A DNA stretch of 63,270 nucleotides from Styela clava (taxonomy: Eukaryota): the NCBI RefSeq assembly GCF_964204865.1, contig NW_027556749.1, positions 124,001 through 187,270 of the forward strand. Direction: 5' to 3'. Under the pieces are notes generated by a model. That model was not told the DNA's origin, made no database searches, and saw nothing but the letters and a program-made list of their open reading frames with translations. Every line of letters begins with the position of its first letter. Position 1 is the first letter of the stretch. A program made the position numbers and the translations under genes. Positions 45,401 through 60,359 of this stretch are shown one piece after another.

Positions 45401-47881
45401 TTCTCTCATATTTCCACTTCACTCAGATTGTGTTTGGGTTTCATAATAGTATATAATATTTCTATCATCATCCATAAAACTAACTTTAACATTTCTATTA
45501 CCTATTGTTTTTAATAATATACAATCAATAACAAATTCTGAATCTTTGTCTTTAGGATAAGATATTGTAGTTTGATTATAACCTAATTTAATTTTTTTTT
45601 CACCTTTAATTACTTTTTCTAAATTGATTATTTCATTTCTTTCGTCACCTTCTTCTTTAGAATCATAAATCATAACTTTATCTGTAAGTTGTCAATGATA
45701 AACATCTCTAAATTGTGTTGTGTCTAGTATTTGTGAAAAAGGATTTTCGTCTGTTGTAAACATTATAAGAGGTATACCAGTAATGGCTCTTGGAAGATTT
45801 GAAAGCATACCATTCATTACTGAACGACTAATCATATAAGGAAATGAAAAAGTTAGTCCATTACCCATTACAGATCTAAAAGTAGCTCATTCAGCAGGTA
45901 TAAGACTTGTAATTTGTGGAGCAATTTGTTGAGCTAAAGCACCACCTACTAATTTAACTATACCTCCTACTGGGAGAAATAACATAAAAAATGAAGCAGA
46001 AGAAACAACAATTTTTAATCAAGCTGTATAATAACCTCTATAATCTTCTCATTTAACTCTATAAGGTTCTAAAGTAACTATTTTTTTATTAATGAGATTC
46101 ATATAATTTAAACAGTCTGCTTTTGTAGCATTAGTAAATATAGGCAAATTACTTGAATTGTCATCTCTACTTTCATCAATTATAGATCCTGTTGAATCAT
46201 ATATTATTTTACCGTCAACATCAACCGATTTGTCAAAAAATAAATTTGTCGCCGAAGATAATGTAGCAAATTTATGTCTTTCTCAGTTTTCTTCTTTAAT
46301 ATCATAACCACCATGAAATCTAATATTTGAAACATCATTATTAGAACTTAAATATAATGTACTGTTAGCAGATTTAACATTTATATAATTCATTAAGTGA
46401 ACATAATTTATAGTATCTACTTTTAAACCATCGACAGCTACAGCTTTAAGCTCATGAATTGAGTCAGAATCCGTAATTTCTCTAATAGTTTTTAAAACAT
46501 TTGCTTTACCAATTCATCCCTTATCTCATATTTTAGAATCAAAAGTTTCAGCTACTAAACTTCCTCGGTTGTGTCGTTTATCGTTAGGATTGAAATTTAT
46601 CTCTTGGTCTTGCTTTCAATTCAAAGCATAATTAATAGAAGCAAAATTACCATCAGGTATAATTAAATGTTGTTGTTCATATTGATAAGTTTTTGATAGT
46701 GGAGATACTTTAGGTTGTAAAAATTTTTCAATTCATAATGGTGTAATAATATTTATTATTGATGGATCTTTTTCTTTTTTATGTCCATATATTTCACAAG
46801 ACAATAAAGCTACAGAACCTTCTACTTCTAATTGTAAAGAATTAACACCTTTAACTTCTGAAAAAAATAGAGGCTCATAATCTTCATCCTCTTTCATATT
46901 TTTAATATCATTATCTATATCTTCTAGTGTAGGTGCTCTTTTAGTTTGTGGAATTTCGTCATAAATTGGATTGTTATTTATATCATACATAATTTCGCCA
47001 CTATCATTTGTTTTTAATTCTAATTTAGCACTAGTTGAAATAACATTTGGTTTAAAAAAAGTTTCACCAGGTTGACCAAATTGAATAGATTGTATAATAT
47101 TCTTTCCTACAGTACGTAAACTTTCATTTACACTTTTAAAAGTAACATCATGTCACATATAATCGTTTGTTTTAGGATTTGTAAAAACTTCAATGCTTTG
47201 AATATAGAATAAATCATTACCATTAATTTCTGGACATAATCACAAAAGTGTCATATTATCTTTTTTTATGGTATGAGAATCTGCTCTTCAAATAAAACTT
47301 TCTATATTTTCTGTATCTTTTTGAGTATCATCAAATCGAGCTCTTATTGTACTTTGTAATACTTGACGAACATAACCATCATCATCATGTGTAAAAGTAC
47401 TAGAATAATTAATTGGAGGCAACGGTTTACCAACAACATAATAACCTTCTTTGAATATTTTTTTTCCTTTACAATTTTTTATTTTTGCTTCTATTATTTT
47501 ATATGAATCATATTGTTTTTTTTGTTCATCATATGTTAATCTAAGTTCATCAAAAGTGTCTAATGTATCATAATTTTCAGGTTTAACAGGTTCTTTAGGA
47601 GATATATTTTTTAAAATATCAACATTTATAATAGTTGACGCATCATCTTCTACTGGATTGATAGGGTCTTCTCAACCTAAAGGTTTAACTAATATAGTTT
47701 TTTTACCTGTAAAAATACGCTCTCTAATTAAAGAATTAAACCTTAAATTATCATCAACATCTGTAGCACCAGTAGCAAAAACATAAGGAAAAAAATAAAG
47801 ATCTCTATTTTTATCTATTTCAACTTTTAAATTATCAGTATCAGCATCTCGGTATACAATTTTATTATTTAGATCCAGCAT
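42458..47881 (-). CDS. Large structural (tail/ejection?) protein, 1807 aa
   Basis: Six track ORFs share one frame; the gaps I read have only TGA. Spans the repeat junction. Confidence 0.78.
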
Positions 47882-49355
47882 CTGTCTTGTTTCCTCCTAA
47901 CCCGTCATTTGATGTTCTCATTTGAGCATGTGATTTTGGATTTGAATCGCGTGAATTAAAGTTACTCACTTGATTAAATTTTTTCAATTTGCCGTTTTGA
48001 GCATCATTCATAATTTCATTTTTTCCTTTCTCTTTTTCAAAGTCTAAGAATTGTTTTCTATTTTCGTCAGCATCTTTGTCAACTAATTTTTTCATTTCAA
48101 CACTTGATGCTCGGCCAATTTCTTGAACGTTACTAATAGTTGTTATTCTATCTTGGAGTCCATTATTTAATTTAGCAATTTCAGCATTGATATATTCGAT
48201 TGTATTTTTATTATTTCCATCTCTAATAGCGAAAGAAAAATTTACATCACCAAAACCAGCACAATAGAACATTTTTTTCAAGAATCTATTAATCAGTTGA
48301 TTAAACATCATTCTTTTAGAAATAATAGTTTTAATTTCGGCTGCAGAAACATTTTTAATATCTTCAGCTACGTTTGCTTCTAACTTACTATTCAAACTAA
48401 TTCCAATTAAAGAATACAATAAGTGAAATTTTTCGAGCATAGTTTTTTGGAGACTTTCTCAGTTGATGTTTGGGTGAATAGCTTGAATAGCTTGATCTTC
48501 GGAAGGAAGTTCACTAACCAAAACAGCTCGTGGAAGAGCCATGTTATTTTTAGTTCTCTTGTCTCAATCTTCTAATGTGTCGGGGTCTAAGTTTCCAACG
48601 TACATGATAGTACGGTTATTAAGACGTTCTTTTTCAATTCAATCATAGAAATTAACGATGTCTTTAATAACGTTAGTACATTTTAATCAGTCGGGTCTAG
48701 GTGTTTGAGATGTGTGAAAAAAAGTTGTGAAATGTTCGAACGGTATAATAGGAATTTTTCTACCTTTAATTTCTTTGTAAAAGGGGTTTCTGTCATTTTG
48801 AGGTTTGAAGTAGTAGTTAGGAATCATAGCACTTAATTCACCTAGAGCTATCTCTTTACTATTATAGATATATGTTCTTTTGATTCGACCGTCATGTGTT
48901 CATGTTTCTCTAATAATAATAGGAATAACTGTATGTGTTTCTTTTTCGGCAAATGTTGAAATACTTACAATTTCTTCAAAACTCTTTTGTTGTCATATAA
49001 TAAATTTTGGACGATTTAAATATACTCTAAATCCTTGATCGTCTTCAATAGAGTTTTCTATTTTATCAAAACCTAAAATCGCCTCACCATATAAAGATGT
49101 TTGGAAAATTAATTTAGATAAGAATTTGTCTCATTGAGCATTAACTTTAAATGTATTTCAAAACTTTAGTAATTTTTCGTTGTCAGTATCAAATACGTAA
49201 TGTCTATTATATATAGCATGTGTTAAGTGCTCAGCTATAACTATTGGAAAATCACAAAATTTGTTTAAGTGATTAGTAGTTCTTTCACCATTTTTATCGT
49301 GTAACATGTTTCAATACTTAGAAACTTTATTAATATCTAGTTCTCAACTTTCCAT
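47865..49355 (-). CDS. Portal protein (second copy)
   Basis: Repeat of 1525..3015. Confidence 0.7.
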
Positions 49356-49366
49356 TATATTTTATA

Positions 49367-49531
49367 TTATTCCTTTTTTGTTTTTTTACAGTCACATGAA
49401 ATCTTTTTACAGATGTCATTTTTTTGAGTTTTTGTAGCATATTTATTAATAATATAAATTGCCACTTCGTCTATTTGTGATTTCGCAAAACTCATTACGA
49501 AACTAATTATCATTTTTAATGTTTTGTTCAT
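49367..49531 (-). CDS. 54-aa protein (second copy)
   Basis: Repeat of 3027..3191. Confidence 0.6.
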   Translation of the reverse strand: MNKTLKMIISFVMSFAKSQIDEVAIYIINKYATKTQKNDICKKISCDCKKTKKE

Positions 49532-49880
49532 TGTTATTTTCTCCTTTGTTATTTTTGTTAATAACTTCCATAATTTTTTCTAGCTTGCCATTAATTCTTT
49601 TATCGATTCATTTTTTTAAATCTTCACTTTGTTTTTCATTCGCCTTTTCAACAGCCAAATCTTTACTTATATATTTCCTGTCATACATGTAAGCCAGAGT
49701 AACACATATTATTACAGTGAGTGCTATAAGCGCAGGAATAGAAACAATTAAAGCTGAATAAATTGTTTTATTATTACTTTCACTATTAGCAAAGTGGATA
49801 AATTGCGACAAGCCAAAACCTCCTACGGTTGCGCTTATCATTTTTCAATATATTTTATCTCAATTCATAAATTTTATCAT
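49503..49880 (-). CDS. Holin-like protein (second copy)
   Basis: Repeat of 3163..3540. Confidence 0.5.
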
Positions 49881-49890
49881 TTCTTTTCAT

Positions 49891-52800
49891 CTAATGTCCG
49901 CTCTCTCTTCTAACTGATAAGTTAAATTTTGTTGGGAAGACCAAATTATAATTACCATTAGCGTTAAATGTTCATTTTATATCGTTTAAAGCAACATTAT
50001 TTCTCATATGGTAGTAAACGTAAAATGGATGACGATAAACGTCGTTATTTGTTAATCATCATATATCTCCTCAATATAATAAGTCGCCAGTTGCTTTTGT
50101 TCATTTAATATTCCCTTTAATATTAACACCTGTTTTTGTTGCGAAATAGTGGTTGTAAAGATTTGCGTTCAATTGTCATGGACTCGCTGATTTTAACGTT
50201 GAGTGAAAATATGTTTTTGTTGTTGATGAGGTTGCGTTGTAATTGTCAGTGGTTACTAAATATTGAAAAGTTTTGTTTGTTGTGTCGCCAGTTTGTTTTG
50301 GTACTAAAAATGAATGTCATCTAACATTAGACGTATTAAGAGGCGGTTCGATATGAATATCAAAAGAATACAATCCATCTTTAAATTCTTTAGAATTACC
50401 AGTATTTAAGGTAACAAAAAACGAGTTACTAAAGTATTTTAATTGGGATCCTACTCTGTCAATGATTGGAAAACTTGTTTTTTTTCCAACTCCAGCGAAG
50501 TAAGTATTAGCTTCAATGTTGTTTGATGAATCCATTTTTGTAATTGTTGAACCAGTACCTATAACGTCTACTCATGGGTGGGGAGTGTGTAACATTTCAA
50601 GACGACTACGTGCTGTTTCGAATATTTCGGTACTCCCTAGATCTTTAAATTGAGAATCTGTTATATTGTCATTACCAATATTTTCGATTAATGTTTGACC
50701 TTCCACTTTTGCTTCATATTGTGTAATTAAATGTCTGAATTGTGCTTCTGTAAGACCATGTGTTTCAGAATATGCTTTAGGTGAGTTTTCACCAAATATT
50801 GAATTATAATCATCTGTTCCTTTAGTTCATTGAAAGTCAACATTTGCTAAAACAGTTTCAATTTCTGATACACTAATAGGTTTATAATAACCATAAGAAG
50901 CATATAATTGACGTCTAGAATCAACATGAGTTATTCGTTCTAATATAGTTTTTGTGTCTTTATAATTTAATCCAGAAGTATATGTTTCAACTTTTTCGAA
51001 TGGATAATACTTATATATTTTTAAATGTGAATTATCACGAATATAATATGAGTTATTTATCGAATTAATTCGTGATGAGTAAGAGACAGGTGCTTTTAAT
51101 ATGTCAATCAATTTATCTTTTTGTGAACCTGTTGGTCTGTCAGTTCATCTCAAACCTTCAGCATTATTATCCTCATCGTAAGGTTCCATTTCTGGATCAA
51201 CAATTTTTGTTTCTAGAGGTGCCAATCGGTTCTCTAATAATGTATCTACTTGATGCTTTGTATAATGAGCTCCAATTAGAGCGAAGTAATTTTTCAAATA
51301 ATCATAACCATCAATCCCAAAAAATTTTCCTTTTTGATTAGTGAAAACAGGTATTGAAGGAAAGTTTGATCTTGATGGATCTAGATAAGTGAAACGATTT
51401 TCTCATGATTGAGCAATTTCGTCTTGTGGGTCGGGATTTGAAATAACGTGATTTTGATAATCTTCAACGAATGAGTACACAGAATTAACATACTTTATGC
51501 TAAGATTAGCACCATCAGTATTAAAAGGTTCTTCAACAAATTGACCATGAGATCCAATTAAATCAGAACTTCCGTCTTTGCTAAATTTTATAACAGCATA
51601 GTTTCTTAGTAAATTAATACAGTACAAACTAGGGTCAACAATGTTAGCAATAATATATAATTCGTCATCTTGAACAAACAAGTCATAAACTTTGTATGTA
51701 TCAAACTTAGTCATGTCAAGATCTGGTACTTCAGCTCTTATGAAGTCAATTTGGTCGTCTCTCAACTGTTCATTTCAACCATGAAAAGATTCAATTGACG
51801 CGTTATTAACAGCTTTCACGCTTAGAGATTTGTCAGCTAATAAGTCATAAAATTCATCTTCTGTTAAATGATTCAATAATGAATATTTTTCAGGAGTACT
51901 TGCTATGTTTAGTACGTTAGTTGCCCGAGTTGTGTCAACGTCTCTAAATTCTTTATAAATTTTTCCTAAATCAGATCTTTTTACATGAATAATATGACTT
52001 AATACACTAGTAGTTCCATCTTTTCTTATGTAATTACTTAATGTATAGTTAGAACCACATAGATTATTAATTCAAGTCAATAAAGCAAAATGTTTTTGAT
52101 AATCTGTTAAATCATTTCAATCAGTAGGTCCTCTGTAATATTGTCAAATATCACGAATTACACAACTTTCTTCTTTGAAATTACAAATTTGGTAAATATC
52201 AACTTTGTCATTTATATCAAGAGAAAGAGGTTGCGAAATTATATTACTTCCATATCCTTCTTGAACAAGACTATAATATTCAGCTTCTGTATTTAAAACA
52301 GTAACTAAAGTTTGAAGCTTCTCAGTAGTTGGAACAGTTGTTCAAGGAATAGTGTCTCTGTTTAATATTAAATCTTCTGTTCTGAGTATTCCATTAAATT
52401 TTGCGTCGATTTGAGGTTTGTTATATGTATCTGCTATTTTAGCATATAATTTGTGGTTAATTTCATCTGGTAAATTAGTAAGGGCTTTAAATTCTCTAAG
52501 AAGATTGAAAAATTCAGTTTGAGATAGACTGTTATAAGCAGAATAAAATTTAGGAGCACTAGCTCATACATTTGGACTACTAGTACTTTTATAATATCGT
52601 CCACTATCAATCAATTTTTGAATATCCCCAGTTCTTCAATAAATAGGTTGAACATCATTATCATAACTTGTTCCTAAAATGTCATTTATTCTATAAATTC
52701 TTTTTAGTACAGTAGATAATTCATCTAAAACATCATGTTTAATACCATCTTTAGTAAAAGGTACTCGTTTATCTATATAATCATCATAAGCTATTATATA

Positions 52801-55800
52801 AGCTGTTTTGTGATTATTTTGACTATGATTACCATATCAATGATCTGGTTCACTTAAAACCGCTAATAATTTTTCACGTTGAGATGCTGTAGGTACTTCT
52901 TCTCATTTCAATCCTGTAGGATTTGTATTAACATCATAAGGTAATAATTCAATATTAGTTACCTCAGTTTCTAATTCTGATAAACGATTATTTAACTGAG
53001 CGTCTATTTGTTGACGAGTATATATAGTATCTTTTGTAGCAAAAAAATTTTTAAGATACTTAAATCCATTAATACCAAACATTTTTCCTTTTAAATTTGT
53101 AAATACGGGCATTGTTGGAAAATTTGAAGCTTCTGGTACATTATAATTAAAACGATTATTTCAAGTACTTGTATCATAGTTATCATCTTGATCTGGGTTT
53201 GAAATAACATGATTGTAACCATCTTCCAAAAAAGAATAAGTTGAGTTAACATAATTTAGACTTAAATTAGCATTGTTTTCATTGAAAGGTGCTTCAATTG
53301 TTGTAACATAAGTATTTCCTGTAACAGCTCGAATATCACCAACAGTAAATTTTAAAGGAGCAGTATTACGTAATAAATTTAAAGCTATAATACCTGCTTG
53401 TGTCGCATATTTATAAGAAACAATATAAAGGCTATCGTTATAATCAAATAAGTCATAAATTTTATATTCATTTAATTTGTTTTCGTCATAGAAGGAAACT
53501 TCTCCACGAATAAGATCAATCTGTTCATTTGTAAATGGAGCATTTCAATCTTCAAATGACTCGATTGTAGTATGTGATTTTATATCTGTTTTTAAAGCAA
53601 AAAACTTTTTTAAATAACTATACGCTTTAACACCAAAAATCTTCCCCTTTCTGTTTGTAAATACTGGTAGTGTAGGATAGTTTGAATATTCTGGTGTTAT
53701 ATATTTTAATCTAGTTTCTCAATCGCCAAATACTGATCCACCTGGTATTGGGGTAGAAATAGCCTGATTATCGTGGTCTTCAATTCAACTGTAAATTGAG
53801 TTTATATATTTTAAGTTTAAGTTTGCCAGCTCAGTATCATAAGGACCCATAATTGCTTTTACGTGATCTCCTTGAATAGCTATTAACTCTGCAGTTTTAT
53901 TAAATATTCTAACAGCTTGGTTTCTTAACAAATTAATAGCAAATATATTTTCATTATTTAAAAGACGAGCACAAACGAAAACCTGATCACCAAAAGTAAA
54001 TAAATCTAATACTTTGTAATCATCAAATTTGGCTCAATCAAAAGCATGAATATCTTCTTTAATAATATCAATTTGTTCGTCTGTCAATTGTGTTTCTCAA
54101 TCAATAAAAGAATCCATTGACACTTTAGTTAAGTTTTCAATTTTCCCTCTAAGTAAGTTATAAAAATCTTCTTGTTGTAAATGATTTTTTTCGCTATAAA
54201 GTTTTGGTGTTTTAACAATACCCTCTTCTTCGGCTACATCACTATCATTATCTGTTTCAAAATGTTTGAAAAGCAAAGCTAGATCTGAACGTTTTATATG
54301 TACGATGTGACTTAACTCTTCAACTTCGCCATTTGGTTTTGTGTAATTACTTAATACATAAGTTGAACTACATATATCATTAATTCAAGCTAATAAAGTT
54401 GCTCGTTTTTGATACTCAGTCAAATCGTCTCAATCACCAGGTCCTTTGTAGAGACTTCATGCGTCTTTAATAGCATAAGTTTTTTCGCCAAAGTTAACGA
54501 TTTTATAGATATTTATTTTGTCGCCAACATTTAAACTCAAAGGTTGTGTTGCGTAGTCACCTCCATACCCTTCTTCTTCTAAAGCATAATAAGTTTCAGG
54601 AATTTTAAGAGTTGATAATAAGGCTGTTTTTTGAGCTTCACTTGGTGTTTTTTCTCAACCTAATGTTAGTTCTGACAATAAAGGATTTGTAGTTCTAAAA
54701 ATAGAATCAATTTTTGTATCAATTTGAGGTCTAGTATATGTGTCTTTTTTTGTAGCATAAACGGTTTCGCCTGTTTCGATTTGGTGTAATTTAGCAAAAG
54801 AATCATTTAAAAAACCTAGAGCATTTACACCATATATAGTACCATCTTCAGTAGTGAAAATAGGAAATGTTGGTAAATGACCTTCTAAGAATGTAAATCT
54901 TTTATTATAACTTTCAACAATATCTTCAGGTGTTGAGTGAGAAATTGGATGCGTTTTAACATATTTAATTCAAGATAAAATAGAACTAATGTATTGTAAA
55001 TTTAAATTTGCGCCTCTTGTATTATAAGGACTTGGTAAAGTATCGTCATATGGAATAATACGTACTTTATTACCATTTCTTCTAATTTCAAAAGGTGATA
55101 AATTTTTTAATAATGGAGCAATAATTCAGTCTACATTATCTGGTGTTTTACTAACAAAAATATATACTTCACCATCATAAAAAATTTTATCAAAAAGTTT
55201 ATAGTCACTATATTTAGTAGAATCATAATTTTTAACATTTCTAGCAATATCATCAAGTTGAGAGTCGGTTAGTTGTTGCTTCCATCCTGCAAAAGAATCT
55301 AATGCAACATCAACACTACTAGATTTTACCATATTATCAACACGTGTGATAATTGTGTTTTTAACAAAATGATTATAAAACTGCTCTTTTGTATAACCAT
55401 ATTCGTCAGATCATTTTTGTGGTGTGCTGAAATTAGACTCAAATGAATAAACTGGTGGTTGTTGTGAATTTATAAAATATTCATAAAGTTTTCCTAAATC
55501 GCTTCTTCTAATAGGATTAATATGATCTAATTTTGTAACACTACCTCCAATATGTTCAAAGTCACTTCTTTTATAACTAGATCCACATCTTCTATTTACA
55601 AATTTTAAAGCTTCATCGTGTTTTTGATCTTCAGTTAAGTCATCTCAATCTGAAGGAAATTCAACAGTATCTTTTTTTCATAAACTTCAAATATCTTGAA
55701 TAAAAGTTTGTGGTATACCAAAGTTATTAAATTTATAAAGATAAACTTTTTCTTCTGTACGGAGCGTTAAAGGATTATGAGCTCAATCACTTGATCATTT

Positions 55801-58347
55801 TCCAACGTTTAATCCATAAAAGGTTTCGGGGACTTTAAAAACGTCAGCTAAAACTGCTCGTTGGTCGTCTAATGGTACTGATGTTCAAGGTAAAGTAGTT
55901 TCGTTTAAAAGTAAATCATCTAATCGTAATAAACCTTCAAGTTTACTATCAATTTCTGCTTTATTATATGTATCTCTTTTATAAGCAAACGTTATATTAT
56001 TATGTAAAATAGAATGTATAGTGTTAAGCCCTGAATCTGAATATAACAATTGTTTAACATCACCATTAACTTGTTTCAAATACATTTTACCATCTTTTTC
56101 AAAATAATAAAGTGAATCCAAAAATGTTGATGTTCTGTCGTCTGATGCTAAACTTTCAATTAAAGGATGATGTAAAACTGTGCTATGATTATCAGCACCT
56201 TTTATTGTTGGATCTATTAATGCTATTCCAGTGTCAGGAGCACCTGTTTCAAAACCAACAATTGTATGACCCGCTGTATAAAAAGGAACAAATCCATGTT
56301 CTGTATCTTCGCCATTATAAACACTTGTAAGTAAGTCAATGAAAAAATTTTCGCCCGAAGTATCAACAGTTGGCGCGTGTTTTTTAACGTACTCAAGAGC
56401 TAAAGCAGTTTCTTTAACTGTCAAAATACCTTTAGTTCCATTTAGTTCGTCGGGATGTAATGTACTTGTATGTCTTCAAACTTGACGTTTATATTTGTTT
56501 ATAAGATAAGTATAAGTACTATCTTTAGCAAATGTAATATAAATTTCACCACTATAATAAACTAAATCATTTACTTTTAAGTTACTTAATGAATTAACAT
56601 CAGTATCATCATAAATTACAGAAATTAGTTTATCTAATTCAATCAACTCAGCAACTTGACTGTGTGATACATGATTTTCAATTTTAAAAACGTCAGTCTG
56701 TGATGGACTTATTTCATCTTTTTTTACAAAAATACTTGATAAGTACTTAGTAGCATTAATACCTATAATAGTGTTACCTTTTCCATTAATAAATACTGGT
56801 AACATTGGTGTATTACTATCAAGAAATGAAAATCTAGAATTATAATCTAATTGTGTTCCTTGATTAGTTGGGTCTGAAATTGGGTGATCATATATATCTT
56901 TAATTCATGTTAAAATAGAATTAGTATAATGTAAATTTAAATTAGCGTTATTTACGTTGTAAGGGCTAGGTATACTAGAATTATAATCAAGTAATTGACC
57001 ATTAAAATTAGCTCCTTGTTTTACAATCGTAATAACTGGTTTATTTCTATATAGTGGAACAACTGTCAATTGTGATGTCGATACATTTGTAACAACATAA
57101 GTATCACTACCATAAATAAATTGGTCAAATACTTTATATATATCAAATTTAGTTAAGTCGAATGTATCAGTTGATGTTTGAAGATGTTCAATTTGTTCAT
57201 CTGTATATTGAGCTTCTCAGTCACCAAAAGATTCTATATAACTTTGTTGAGACGAAATTTCTGGTATTTCGTGAGTAGGATGTTCTAGATTTTCATCTAA
57301 TAGATTAGTACTTTTTAAATACTCAGTTATTAATCTATTCATGTCAGCTAATCCAACTTTCTCATTTCAAGCACGAACAAATTCTATGTAAGTGATTGGT
57401 CGTAATTCGAAGTTAGACAACCCTTCTATAATTTCACTATCTTGGTCGTTTACATTAAAAGGTGTCGTACAATTTTGCCCTATGGGATCTATTAATGTAG
57501 CTTTTTTAACTAATCCTGCAGCCACTAATAAATTAACAACTTCTTTTGGTAAATAACCAATAGGTCATGAGTTGGCTACATTTTCAGAAAGTCCATTAAC
57601 AGATTCAGAAACTTGGCGCCCTTCAAAATTGATTCCGTGTTGAATATAATAAGCAGATAACAATACTAAAGCTTTACGTAAAAACTTAACTTTGTCTTTA
57701 GTAGTATGACTTAATAAAGTAACATAAGATGTAATTTTACCTTCTGTTACAGCGTCAATACGTTCATAAGCATTATAAATAATACGTTCGTATTGTTCAG
57801 TTTTATATTTTCTATTAATTAATGCTTCAACATCTCTAGCATATATATAAGGTGCCGACTCGGCTCTTGAATCGTTTAAACTTTTCTTATATAAAATAAT
57901 ATTACTACTAGAAATCAAACTATCAATTATTAATTTAATATCACTATTTTCTTTATTATACTCAATATTAAAATTTGCTATTGACTTTAATTCGTTATCA
58001 ATATCACGTCGTGTAACTATAGTACTAAAATCATTATTGTTAGCTCTCTTTATAAAAGGATAAACATTTTCATAATTAATAACCCTTTCATAATAAGTTT
58101 TCCTTAAATTTAATCATTGTAAAAAATCATTAAAATTTGTAGGTGCTATAAGGTCATCAGTAAAAAGTGCTATAGAAGTGTTATAATTTAAAGTATATGT
58201 ATTAATAGTTGATATTTCATTAGTTACTTGTATTAATAATTCAGTTAAAGTTTTGTTTTCACTGTTATTTATAATACTTGACTTGAAAGTTTCAATATTG
58301 TCAAAAATAGAGTTATATTTAGTTTGAAATTCTAGTAATGTTGTCAT
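49891..58347 (-). CDS. Giant repeat fibre/adaptor fusion (second copy)
   Basis: Repeat of 3551..12007. Confidence 0.8.
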
Positions 58348-58349
58348 AA

Positions 58350-58952
58350 TTAATCGAGTTTATTTAACTCCGCATGTAATTTTTTCTTTTCGTCAACGTC
58401 TATATATGTTGAATTTATTGTATCTAATACTTTATTAAAAGCATTTCTTGGTAAAAAGATATTTTTTAAAAGTGAATCTAGTTTATTTTTCATTTCTGCT
58501 TGAACATGTTCACAATACATATTTGTTTTAATAATAATAGGTAATGTTTCATATTGTCAAGAAGCTCTAGTTTCACGTAAATGTTGAGATAATTCAACAA
58601 GGTCAGATAACACATCAACTACAATATAGTGAATAGTATTATCTTTTTCATCCAAAACGTCTGAAATTTTTAAATAAGCTTTAGTAATTTGTTTATAATC
58701 TTTAATTACTTCTTGTAACGCATCGTTGGCTCTAATGTTGATAGTTCCTTTAGGTGTGACTTTAAGAACTGTAGTTTCCGCTATTTCAATAGCTGTTTCA
58801 TTTCTACGATTATTATTAGCATTATTAACAACGGCATTTTTTAAAATTTTATTTTGTTTTTCTAACAAACTTAAACGTTTTTCTTGTTGTTCTAATAATT
58901 TTAAACGTTTTTCTAAATTTTTAATATTAATTTTATTAATTTGATTTTTCAT
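58350..58952 (-). CDS. 200-aa protein (second copy)
   Basis: Repeat of 12010..12612. Confidence 0.75.
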
Positions 58953-59015
58953 ATTTTTCCTCTGTGAGGCCTTTTTGATAAATAGAAGACCTCTAAACTA
59001 TTTAGACCTTATATT

Positions 59016-60332
59016 CTAAGATCCACCAATGTCATAAATTGTTTTACCTGCTGGTAATTTAATACCATACAAGAATTTTTGACATAATCCCTTTCATTTA
59101 GAGATTCCATACAAAGCTTTCAACCCTGTAACAATATTACCTGTTTGTGGAATTATAGCTGATCACACATAAGGTGCCCCCGCTAATACCATAACTGGTG
59201 AATTTTTTTCAGGCGAAATGTATTGTAAGATCGCAATATATTGAGATAAGTCTGCTCCTAAATCTCCAGTAATTGCTGTACTATATGTTGGCATATAAAC
59301 TGCGTTAGCTGGTGACGAAGGAATAGTAGCTAATCCTGTGTTTGCGTCTAGTGGAAGGGTGTCTGCAGCCGAAGTACTTGTAACTTCTGAAAGACTGTTA
59401 GCAATTTCAGTATAAGTAGCTCCAGGTTTTCCTTTAGGTCAGATTTTACCTAAAAGGATTGATACTTCAGCTTTCAAACCTCCAATTTTCAAGTTATTAT
59501 CCTCGAATTCTTGATAGTTGCTTGTATCTAATCCAACTTTGGCGTTTACGATAGCTAATAAATTTTTGATGTGGGGTGCTACAATCAAAACTAAATTAGT
59601 TCCCACTTTACCATAAAGACTTGTACGTGTTTTCAATGATTGAATCATGTTTAAGAATTTATGAAGGAAAGTGATTCCCGCAAAACGTGAGTCAGCATTT
59701 GTGGCTGCAATATCTTCGTCTGTAAGTTGTAAAACGTTACTTTTAGCTTCTGAATCAGTTTCAAGAGCTTCGATAACTGCTTTAAAGTAATGAAGATTAA
59801 CACGATTTTTATAATTACTTCATCTTTGTGCCAAAAGAGCAGAATAGACGAATCCACTATGTAAAAATAATGATTTGTCTAATTGTTCCATAGGATTGAA
59901 TTCAAAGTGCGAAAATGTCATTCCAATAGTTTTTTTATCCACTCCTGGATATGTTGGATTGACAGGTGCTGTTGAATTGAACCCATTAGAAAGAGCTAAT
60001 TGGTGTGAATATGATGAAGTTCCATGCCCAGATGCTAAAACTCATGTTTTTTGGAGAGTTCCATTTTGATCTCTGTGCATGTTAACAATCCCTAATTTGA
60101 AAATTGTGTCATAATCAATATTTGGAATTGTTGGGATTTGAGATAAATTGATTGATTGAACAATTTCATTACCTTTAAATCCTTGAATATAGAATAACGA
60201 ATGATTTGTATCGGTAGATTCCGCTGCAATTAATTGTGATTCTGTTAATGTTTGCCCTGGAATTCCTTCAATAGCAGATTTAGTAGTCGCATTGATAGTT
60301 CCAAAAGCTTGGTCTTGACTTAGTGTTGCCAT
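59016..60332 (-). CDS. Major capsid protein, intact (438 aa)
   Basis: Follows the scaffold; strong RBS; HK97-like segments LVLIVAPHIKNLL, KIGGLKAEVSILL and GLKALYGISK. Confidence 0.78.
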
Positions 60333-60359
60333 AATTAATATTCTCCTTTATTATTTTAA

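Larger units (their letters stand above)
1..46340. mobile_element. Complete unit-length tailed phage genome (genetic code 4, probable Mollicutes host)
   Basis: Position 46341 restarts the sequence of position 1. TerL, portal, capsid, PolB and helicase genes are present and no host flanks are visible. Confidence 0.93.

Noticed and set aside
1-46340. Genetic code 25 (TGA=Gly)
   Set aside because: TGA aligns with TGG within the fibre repeats and with conserved Trp motifs.
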